From a virus, in the IMG/VR virus record IMGVR_UViG_3300046804_004738, positions 42,263 to 106,262 of that record: a stretch of DNA of 64,000 bases. One strand, 5' to 3'. Below the pieces are notes generated by a model. The model had not been told where the DNA came from. It saw only the letters and a list, made by a program, of their open reading frames with translations, and did no database searches. The translations under genes and the position numbers were made by a program. How positions within the stretch are numbered: position 1 is the stretch's first letter; every line of letters starts with the position of its first letter. Shown here piece by piece: positions 1 through 8,900 of the stretch.

Positions 1-88
1 AATAATACACAAGAAACGATTCAAAAACTAAACGACATATACGGACCCTATATAGATAAATAGTATATTGCCCTTAACTGGATATACT

Positions 89-1753
89 ATGACAGATACA
101 AAATTTTTTAGAAAATATTTAGATTTAATTAACGAAGCAGAAGCCGCTCCCACACCTACCGGAGGAAGAACAGGTTCCCAACAAGATATAGAAAAAATGA
201 TGGGGAATTTAGGTGTTAGCCCGGAAGAACTGTCTGCAAGACAAGCACAGGATGATGCAGCTATCCCTGCTCCAACTACTGTAGGAACTGTAAATCCTAG
301 CGTAAATCCTAATATCACTAAACAAATTGCTGCTGGCCAAAACGCAGAACAATGGGCGAAGCAAGATTCAGCAGACAAGGCAGCAGCCGCGCAAGAAAGA
401 GGTTCTAATGTTCAAGCAATGCAAAAGGCAGGTATAGATCAAAAAACAATTGATATGTATGCAAACGATGATCTTCAAGGAATGGCTAATCAAACTGCCG
501 CAGCACTGAAAAATTTACCGAGCAAAGCCGAAGCACAAAAAATGATGCGACAAGGAATGGCTAGTAAAGAATTTGCTTCACTTCCAAAAGATCAACAAGA
601 CGCATATAGAGCGCAGGCGGCCGAACTAGATGCAATGCCAGATGATTATCGTGAACAGGGTGCTGCTAGCTTTAAACAAATAGGTGGCATAGCTGCTCAA
701 GATCAAGCAGACAAAAAAGCAGGAAAAGGGATGTATGATCCTAAATTAATGCAACCTATTAAGGCAAACTATGAGCCTAGATATACAGAAAAAGACATAT
801 ATGATTTAGAAGCAAATAAATATTCCCCAAGTGGTTTCGCAGGTAGAAACATTGCACAAACAGTGGCAGCAAAACCTGTAAGTCCTACTGCACCTACACA
901 AACTACAACTAATTTACAAGTAGCAAAAAATCCAGAGACCGGAAATCCAAAATTAGGAAGTCCGTTAGAAGTTGCTCCAACACAACCGACAACAGCAGCA
1001 CCGGCACCTACAACAACACCAACGCAACCGACAGCAGCACCGGCACCTACAACAACACCAACGCAACCACAACCTACTCAACAAAAACCTACAACAGAAG
1101 AAAAAGAGGATATGGATGATAGAAAACTAATGAGAAAATATATGGATTACTTAGACGAAGCTCCTGCCCAAGCTATTAATCCGAATGATCCTCATGCTGC
1201 TGCTTTTGGTAAACAAATAAATGCGCCTGCACCAAATACAAACATTGATACTAGGGCCACTGCGCAGAGAGATAAATTAGCACAACAAATGGCATCAGGT
1301 AAAATTAACTCTCCAGCACCACAAACAGTAAATCCAAATCAGCAATATGGCGGTGGATATGATCCTACTAAGGTTCAATATGCAGCAGGAGCAAAAAGTC
1401 AACAACCAGTTAATAATCAAAGTAGCGGATATACAGCGCAATCACAAGCACAAAAGACGCCAGAACCAGCAGTTAATAATCAAAGTAGCGGATATACAGC
1501 GCAATCACAAGCAGTAGCAACAAGAGGGGCAGGTACTCAATCTACGCCTGAACCAAGTTTAGCAAGTCAATATATTGCAGCAAATCAACCTCAATCTGCT
1601 ACTGTTACTAAATCTGCTCCCGCACCTGCTACTGAACCAAGTTTAGCAAGTCAATATATTGCAGCAAATCAACCTCAAACCGTAGCTGAAGAAGGCTTAG
1701 ATGACAATAGTGACGATATATTAAAAGCAATTATAAGATTAATTAAAAAATAA
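89..1753 (+). CDS. Low-complexity Ala/Gln/Pro/Thr-rich phage protein, possible internal head protein
   Basis: Long ORF (likely ATG at 89, downstream of GATAAATA). Duplicated motif RKYLDLINEA/RKYMDYLDEA and internal repeats. Confidence 0.7.
   Translation: MTDTKFFRKYLDLINEAEAAPTPTGGRTGSQQDIEKMMGNLGVSPEELSARQAQDDAAIPAPTTVGTVNPSVNPNITKQIAAGQNAEQWAKQDSADKAAAAQERGSNVQAMQKAGIDQKTIDMYANDDLQGMANQTAAALKNLPSKAEAQKMMRQGMASKEFASLPKDQQDAYRAQAAELDAMPDDYREQGAASFKQIGGIAAQDQADKKAGKGMYDPKLMQPIKANYEPRYTEKDIYDLEANKYSPSGFAGRNIAQTVAAKPVSPTAPTQTTTNLQVAKNPETGNPKLGSPLEVAPTQPTTAAPAPTTTPTQPTAAPAPTTTPTQPQPTQQKPTTEEKEDMDDRKLMRKYMDYLDEAPAQAINPNDPHAAAFGKQINAPAPNTNIDTRATAQRDKLAQQMASGKINSPAPQTVNPNQQYGGGYDPTKVQYAAGAKSQQPVNNQSSGYTAQSQAQKTPEPAVNNQSSGYTAQSQAVATRGAGTQSTPEPSLASQYIAANQPQSATVTKSAPAPATEPSLASQYIAANQPQTVAEEGLDDNSDDILKAIIRLIKK
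975..1678 (+). repeat. Intragenic direct repeats
   Basis: PTQPT(T)AAPAPTTT repeats at about 975-1070, an exact 44-bp duplication at 1407-1450/1470-1513, and an EPSLASQYIAANQPQ duplication at about 1547-1594/1632-1678. Confidence 0.9.
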
Positions 1754-2928
1754 TGAGAGCAAAAGAATTTATAGTTGAGGCAAACTCTAAACAACCTGAA
1801 TCTGCAAGGCAAAAATTTCTAAATAAAGTTATTGGACCAGAGTCTGGTGGTAATGTTTCTATAAAAAATCCACGAAGTAGTGCAACAGGATTATTTCAAT
1901 TTATCAAATCAACTTGGGACAATACTGTTGCAAAAGCTAAACCAGGTGACCCACACTACGGTGTCAGTTTTAATGATATGAAAAAAAATCCAGCAGCACA
2001 AAGAGCCGCTGCAGACCAAATTTCACGTGAGTATCAAGCAGCAATTCAAAAAAATAATTTACCAGATACCCCTGGTATGTATTATCTATTTCATGGGCAT
2101 GGGGCAAAAGCAATTGATCTTTATAATAACCCTGATAAACAATTAAAAGATATTTATGATCCTTACGCTAGAGATAAACAAGGAAAAATAATATACAATC
2201 CAAAAACAGGAAAACCAGTTAAATCTATCATTTATAAACAAAATCCAAATTTTGACCCTGAAGAAAAAATTTCTACATTTATCGCAGGGAGAGCAGCAGC
2301 AGTTGGCGATAATATTACTAATATATATCCTGATAAAACTAAATTAGCAGTGGTCACTCCGACAAGTAAAACTACAAAAACAGATACAACTACAAATACT
2401 GCCCAAACTACAGATAAGAAAATTACACCATCACCTGTCGTTGCACAAACAACTAAAGAACCTGATATAGTCTCTCAGTATGTTGACGTAAATAAAGGAC
2501 CTGGCGTAATTGATAAAGTTAAAAAAACAGTTACAGACATTGTTAGTCCTGCTATAGCACCAAAAACTGCAAAAGCAACAACACCAGAAATTCCTAAAAC
2601 TAAACCTGAATTTATTCCAGGCACTCCAGAATACGATGCACGGATGGAAAAGCAACAAATCGCAGCCGGGGAAAAATTTAGTAAAGAACGTGAGGCTAGA
2701 TTAGCCAAAGAACGTGATTTAATGTCCAAAAAATTACCTATGTCCCCGCCTTCAACTGACCCTGAATTAGATCCCCAGGGTTGGAAAAAATATGATGATT
2801 ATATGGAAAAACTTCAAAGTGAAAAAGGTGACAAATATCATCAAGAATATATGGACAATGAAAAAAAGTTAAATCAAACTTCATCAGACGATAGCTATTA
2901 CACCAAATTTAAAAACTTACTGAAATAA
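1753..2928 (+). CDS. Lytic transglycosylase (SLT/lysozyme-like) domain virion protein
   Basis: ESGGN...SSATGLFQFIKSTW motif of SLT-like domains. N-terminus MRAKEFIVEA. Confidence 0.75.
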   Translation: MRAKEFIVEANSKQPESARQKFLNKVIGPESGGNVSIKNPRSSATGLFQFIKSTWDNTVAKAKPGDPHYGVSFNDMKKNPAAQRAAADQISREYQAAIQKNNLPDTPGMYYLFHGHGAKAIDLYNNPDKQLKDIYDPYARDKQGKIIYNPKTGKPVKSIIYKQNPNFDPEEKISTFIAGRAAAVGDNITNIYPDKTKLAVVTPTSKTTKTDTTTNTAQTTDKKITPSPVVAQTTKEPDIVSQYVDVNKGPGVIDKVKKTVTDIVSPAIAPKTAKATTPEIPKTKPEFIPGTPEYDARMEKQQIAAGEKFSKEREARLAKERDLMSKKLPMSPPSTDPELDPQGWKKYDDYMEKLQSEKGDKYHQEYMDNEKKLNQTSSDDSYYTKFKNLLK

Positions 2929-2963
2929 TTTATTGGTAAATTTGTATCGTAATAAGTAACTGT

Positions 2964-3146
2964 ATGCCTAAGCAAAAAAAGAATCGCAATCAATACGAAG
3001 TTATTACCCAACAGGATAGTAATGGGGATGTATTGATTCCGATTCCTCCGGTATTATTGGATTCATTAAATTGGAAACAAGGTGATGAAATAAGTTTTGA
3101 CTTAGATGATAAAGGCAGATTTATTCTTAAAAAGGTATTTAAATGA
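2964..3146 (+). CDS. AbrB/MazE/SpoVT-like small DNA-binding protein
   Basis: IPIPPVLLDSLNWKQGDEISF pattern typical of swapped-hairpin proteins. Confidence 0.6.
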   Translation: MPKQKKNRNQYEVITQQDSNGDVLIPIPPVLLDSLNWKQGDEISFDLDDKGRFILKKVFK

Positions 3147-3685
3147 AAAACGATTCAATGGATCATGCATATGCAAAAATTAATTTATCTGATATTTTTA
3201 GTGAGGATTATATAACAGTATCGGAGAAAGAAGATATTCCATCTTTGAGCCTAAGCGGATTAGATACAATCACTTTAGATTCACTATCCGATACATATTA
3301 TGCTAATCCTATTACTAATGTGAGTATAGCAGGATCAGGCACAAGCATATATCAAGGATTAACCAGTCAAACAATAACACTTTCACCAAGTCCGTATTCA
3401 AACATATCGTCATGGCCATCAATAAACGACACACTCACAGTTAATCATGGTAACAATAACGGCATTAAAGTAAAGGGTGATACAGAGATTGAGGGTAGCT
3501 TAAAAGTAAAAGGGGTTGATTTAGGTGAAATGTTGTCAAAAATACAAGATCAATTAGCAATTTATCAACCTGCCCCTGAACTTGAAGAAAAGTGGGAAAA
3601 ACTACGTGATTTAGCCCGTCAATACAAAGAAATGGTCGCTGACATTAAAGAAAAAGAAAAGATTTGGGATATTCTTCAAAAATAA
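3143..3685 (+). CDS. Hypothetical phage protein with C-terminal coiled coil
   Basis: 180-aa ORF overlapping the previous stop codon (ATGA-type coupling). Confidence 0.7.
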   Translation: MKNDSMDHAYAKINLSDIFSEDYITVSEKEDIPSLSLSGLDTITLDSLSDTYYANPITNVSIAGSGTSIYQGLTSQTITLSPSPYSNISSWPSINDTLTVNHGNNNGIKVKGDTEIEGSLKVKGVDLGEMLSKIQDQLAIYQPAPELEEKWEKLRDLARQYKEMVADIKEKEKIWDILQK

Positions 3686-3686
3686 C

Positions 3687-3715
3687 TTGACAATAAATAC
3701 ACACGGTGCTATACT
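3687..3715 (+). promoter_or_regulatory. sigma70-type promoter
   Basis: TTGACA-17 bp-TATACT, with ATAAAT directly after the -35. Confidence 0.85.
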
Positions 3716-3748
3716 ATACTCACTATCAACTCATGTTGTTATTTTGAT

Positions 3749-4138
3749 ATGACAATGCACCTCGCACACCCTGCACTCACTACCCTTGGCAAACGTAAGG
3801 GAAAGAAAAAGTGGGCATCCTCTGAAGCAAAGCAAAAAGCCGCACAACTTGACCGTGAGTGGCAGGATCTACAGGCTAAGTGGAAAACAGATATCAGTGA
3901 TCGTAAATGTGATAGAGGTCTTAAGGCTAATGTTTACAAGCCGCCTGTCAACCCACGTGTTGCAGAAATAAAAAAGTTTGCAAGTGTTGACACAGGTATT
4001 AAGGGTGCAGTTACTATCAAACAACCAATGCAATACACAGGTGACAAAATAATTGGTATTGGTACCATGCACAAGTCTAATGCTGTACCAATCTTTAATG
4101 ATGAGGCAGCAAAAGATATTAGCAAAATGAGGAGATAA
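3749..4138 (+). CDS. Conserved phage hypothetical protein
   Basis: Basic ORF with C-terminal YTGDKIIGIGTMHKSNAVP motif, recalled from T4-like phages. Confidence 0.7.
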   Translation: MTMHLAHPALTTLGKRKGKKKWASSEAKQKAAQLDREWQDLQAKWKTDISDRKCDRGLKANVYKPPVNPRVAEIKKFASVDTGIKGAVTIKQPMQYTGDKIIGIGTMHKSNAVPIFNDEAAKDISKMRR

Positions 4139-4148
4139 ATCAAATTAA

Positions 4149-4364
4149 ATGGCAAAAGAAGAAACATTAAAATTAGATGGAGTAGTAACAGACGTTTTAC
4201 CAAACGCAATGTTTAGAGTTGACCTAGAAACAGGACAAAATGTTATAGGTTACATTTCTGGTAAAATGCGCCAGCATGATATTAAAATACTGTTAGGTGA
4301 TACAGTAGAAGTCGAGTTTAGTCTATATGATATGAGCCGCGGCAGAATAACAAGACGGCGTTAA
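4149..4364 (+). CDS. infA: Translation initiation factor IF-1
   Basis: MAKEE...[29 protein letters not shown]...GRITRR. Confidence 0.95.
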   Translation: MAKEETLKLDGVVTDVLPNAMFRVDLETGQNVIGYISGKMRQHDIKILLGDTVEVEFSLYDMSRGRITRRR

Positions 4365-4384
4365 ATCTCAATAAATACTCTACA

Positions 4385-4936
4385 ATGATCAGTATTGTAG
4401 AGAATCTTTCCGAATCCCGTAAAAAGAATCTTGAGATATTACCACTCAAGTATTCTCCTACCGATTTAAGTCCTATAATCAGCAAAGCTACAATCGACTA
4501 TCACTATGAAGAATTAGCAAAAGGCTACGCAAAACGTTATAATAATAACGAAGGTGATAGTGAGTTTAATTATGCAGGCGTTTTCTTGCATAACATTTAC
4601 TTTGCTCAGTTTCAAAAACCAAAAGAATCAGGAACACCAAATGGGCCTGTACTCAATTTAATAAAAAGAAGATTTGGTTGGTGGCGTGATTTTAAAGAAA
4701 AGTTTAAAGAAGAAGCAATGAAGATACAAGGTAGTGGTTGGATCTACCTTACATACAATGGTGAAATACGAACTATAGTCAACCATGAGGTTCGTGAAGA
4801 TATACTAATTTTAGTTGATTGGTGGGAACATGCCTGGGCACTAGATTACCAATCAGACAAAAAACAATACTTAGAAAATACATGGAAGATTATGAACTGG
4901 AGTCATATAAACACACGATGGGGCAAGAATCTTTAA
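4385..4936 (+). CDS. Fe/Mn superoxide dismutase
   Basis: H..LHNIYF..GSGW..DWWEHAW metal-ligand motifs. Confidence 0.9.
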   Translation: MISIVENLSESRKKNLEILPLKYSPTDLSPIISKATIDYHYEELAKGYAKRYNNNEGDSEFNYAGVFLHNIYFAQFQKPKESGTPNGPVLNLIKRRFGWWRDFKEKFKEEAMKIQGSGWIYLTYNGEIRTIVNHEVREDILILVDWWEHAWALDYQSDKKQYLENTWKIMNWSHINTRWGKNL

Positions 4937-5637
4937 TGAATCAAAAAATTTGTGTAGTAACTGCTACAAGAGAAAAGACAATTCAAGATTTTAAAAGTAA
5001 AACACTATTAGGTCAATCATTAGGAATCCATACTTACTTTGACATTGAGTTGCAATGTTACAACAATAACACAAATGGCTTAAGCAAATGTTATAATGAT
5101 GCGATTAAGAAAAAAATAAACGAGGATACGATTTTAGTTTTTGTCCATGATGACGTTGCTCTTTTAGATTATTATTGGCCGTTGCGTGTAATTGAAAGTT
5201 TAGAAAAATTTGATATATCTGGAATAGCTGGAAATATTAGACATGAGATAAACTTTCCGAGTTGGGCACATAGCCACAGTGACGGTAAAAATGTCATTTG
5301 GGATGATGATAAAAATTTGTCTGGATGTATGTTACACAGCGATACATGGCCTCCTAAAATAGTAACTGTTTACGGAGACCCATGTAAAGAAGTTGTTAAT
5401 TTAGATGGTGCATTTATTGCATGTAGTACCAAAACTTTAAGAAATTTTAACTTAACTTTTGATGAACAATTTGAATTTCATTTTTATGATGCAGATTTTT
5501 GTAAAGCTGCACACGAAAAAAAATGTAAATTAGGTACGTTTCCATTAGCTTTAATGCATTCAGGAAAAGGAAGAATGGATACACTTGAGTACAGGACTGG
5601 ATATTTAAAATATAATGAAAAATGGAGTAAAATATGA
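4936..5637 (+). CDS. GT-A fold glycosyltransferase-like protein
   Basis: VFVHDDV, LDGAFIA and [15 protein letters not shown] motifs. Start placed at ATG 4936, coupled to the SOD stop. Confidence 0.75.
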   Translation: MNQKICVVTATREKTIQDFKSKTLLGQSLGIHTYFDIELQCYNNNTNGLSKCYNDAIKKKINEDTILVFVHDDVALLDYYWPLRVIESLEKFDISGIAGNIRHEINFPSWAHSHSDGKNVIWDDDKNLSGCMLHSDTWPPKIVTVYGDPCKEVVNLDGAFIACSTKTLRNFNLTFDEQFEFHFYDADFCKAAHEKKCKLGTFPLALMHSGKGRMDTLEYRTGYLKYNEKWSKI

Positions 5638-5963
5638 ATTTAATTATAACTGAAAGTGCAAAAACAAAACTTTATGAAGTAATTACGGAAGAAAACGACC
5701 CTACGTTAAAACTACGTATATTTGTGCAGGGCGGGGGATGCAGTGGTATGCAATATGGGTTTACTTTTGATAATGAAACTTCTGAGGACGACTGGAATAT
5801 TGACGCTGGACCTGTTAATGTTTTGATTGATGTTATGTCTGCCCAATATCTAGAGGGTGCAGAAATAGACTATGCAGAAGATATCTATGGAGCTAGCTTT
5901 AAAATAAAGAACCCAAATGCTCAAACTAGTTGTGGGTGTGGGTCCAGCTTCAGTCCTTATTGA
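5634..5963 (+). CDS. erpA: Iron-sulfur cluster insertion protein ErpA (HesB/IscA family)
   Basis: [17 protein letters not shown]...[14 protein letters not shown]. Confidence 0.92.
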   Translation: MNLIITESAKTKLYEVITEENDPTLKLRIFVQGGGCSGMQYGFTFDNETSEDDWNIDAGPVNVLIDVMSAQYLEGAEIDYAEDIYGASFKIKNPNAQTSCGCGSSFSPY

Positions 5964-5986
5964 TAAATACTAGATGGGGGACTAAT

Positions 5987-8900
5987 ATGCCAATACCAGG
6001 ACAAGAGAATATAAACATTGGCGCAGAAAATGAAGCGGAAAATAGCGACTCGCTCTTTATTGCGTTTAATAAAACACAAAACAACTTTTCTACACTTTTT
6101 GCACAATCAAGCCAATATACTAGCTTTGTAGGTAGTGATGGTATCAGCACCACACTTAATAGTAACAACAAACAAGTTATAATTAACAATACAGGTGTCA
6201 CACGTATTGCTGCAGGAACGGGAATCGCAGTAAATAGCGCAAATGGCAATGTAGTCATTTCTGTCATAGGATTAAGTAACGGAAACTTAGTCGCAGGTGT
6301 CACAAACGTTGGTATTACTAGTTCTACGCTACAAATAATAAACAGTCCAGTAGTAAGTTCAGGAACAATAGGAGTTGATTTACCAGTCATAGCAAATATA
6401 ATTCCAGGAACATACTCTAATCCTCTTATCCAAGTTGATAATTATGGTAGAATTACCTCTGTACAAAACACATTCTCGACTGGTACAGTAACAAGTGTAG
6501 ATATTCAAAATGGTTCAGGTATCTCTGTAAGTGGTGGACCTATCACAAGTAATGGAACTATTACTGTAACAAACACTGGTGTGCGTAGGCTTAATCCAGG
6601 TCCTGGAATATTACTTACAGACACCACAGGTGAAATAACAATCTCAGCAAACTTTTCTACATTCACAGGAACAGTTTCACGTGTTACTGTAGTTAGTAAC
6701 ACATTAACAGTAAGCAATCCTACTGTAACATTGGCTGGTAACATAAGAGTTGAATTACCTATTAATATTAGCGTAGCAGGAAATGTGACAGGAGGTGGCA
6801 ATTTTAATGTTGGTCAAAGCGTATTCGTTGATGGTAACGTAACCGCTAATGGAAGAATAACAGCAGGTAATATATCAGCAAGCGGTAATATTTTATCAAA
6901 TGGTAATATTAGTATTAATAGTGCATCACGTTTAAGAATACCAGGTGGAACGAATGGACAGGTTTTACAAACAGACGGAGCTGGTAATTTATCATTTGTC
7001 ACTGTTACACAAAACACTGCTGCTGGGTTAGGTGCACCAGGCGCAAATACACAAATTTTATTTAATGATGGTGGCATTGTCAATGCAAATGCTAATTTAA
7101 CTTTTAACAAGGCAACAGGAACTCTAACTGCTCCTAACTTTTCTGGTAATATCAATGTAAACACTGCCAATTTTGTTTCTAATGCGATTCAAGCTAACAT
7201 AACTACTTTGGGTAATTTAACCAGTTTAAGTGTGATTGGAAATATTATAGGAAACAATAATTTAAATATAAATGGCAACATAACAAGTAATTCATTTATA
7301 TATGCTTTAACTCCAGCTGCGAATACCTCAAACAATCAAGTTGCAACAACAGCCTTTGTTGCAAATTATGTTGGTAATGCTCAATTTACTTCTAATTTAT
7401 ATGCACCTATTAATAGTCCTATTTTCACAGGAACACCTCAGGCGCCTACTTTAGATCAGACGTTGCCCGGAAGTAATGCATTAGCAACAACTGCATTTGT
7501 GAAATCTGCACTTGGTAATGCTAACATAAGTGGATATGCACCTATTAACAGTCCAGCATTTACTGGAATACCAACTGCACCAAATCCATCTGCTAATACA
7601 AGTTCTAATCAGATTGCCACAACATCGTTTGTTCAAAGTTTATTAGCGAACGCTAATATTGGTGGAAGTGGCACTACAGAATATGCAGGTACCATTCAAC
7701 TATGGGCTGCAACAACACCTATGCCAGATAATACATGGATGGTATGTGATGGTACAGAAGTCAGTAGAACTACATATGCAACATTGTTCAGTAGGATTGG
7801 AACTACATATGGTGCAGGTAATGGCACAACTACATTTAATCTTCCTAACTTTACGAACAGATTTCCAGTTGGTGCAGGAAATCTCTATGCATTAGGTTCA
7901 ACAGGTGGTTCAAAAGATGCTGTTGTAGTAAGCCATACGCATTCGGTTACTGACCCCGGCCATCCTCACATTCTTCGCATTGGACAATCCGCCGGGACTT
8001 TGACACCTCAAATTGGCGGATGGAATTTTGCAGGAACATTTAATGCCACAGCGTACTCTAATCATGTACAGTCTGCAAATACAAATATATCTATTGATAG
8101 TACAGGTGAACCGGGAACTAATAAAAATTTACCACCGTATTTAGGTTTGATTTATATAATTAAAGTCACTGATACAGTTGGAAGTGGCGGGAGTAGCGGA
8201 GGTGGTAATGTTATTGTTACGGGATCAACCACTGCAACTGCAGAAATATATCAATGGAACGCAACACAACCAGCCATACCAAGTGTTACATCTACTTACA
8301 CTTGGGCTACAAGTTTATTCTCTCCAGTACCGTCAGGTTGGAGTACTACTCCCGGAACAACTGTAACACCTGGTGCAACTTTATGGGTAATACGTGTTAC
8401 AGTTACAAAAACAGGCAGTGAGACAACAACAACGTTTACATGGTCTGGTGGAACAATATCAGCATCAGGATATAACGGAACGAATGGAGTTGATGCTACC
8501 AAAACTGCAACAATTTCATTATACCAATGGTCTACTACACAACCAGCGAATCCTTCTGGAAATTCAACATATACTTGGTCTACAACTGTCAACACAGGCT
8601 ACACAGGTGGAGCAGGTTGGCAAGTTAGTGTACCTGTAAATCCAGGTACAGCTGGATTACAATTATGGTCAGCTTCGAAAGGCATCACCGCAGCATCTAG
8701 TGTCACAAGTTCTACAGTAGATTGGTCATCAGGCTTTACTGTACGTGCTGTAAGTATCAACGGTGAGGGTGGCCCAGGTGGCACACAATACGCAACACCA
8801 GAAGTTTATCAATGGGCAATTACAATACCAGCAGGGCCAACTGGTACATCGGTGTACACATGGAGTTCAGGATCATTCACTCCAGTTCCCTCAGGTTGGA

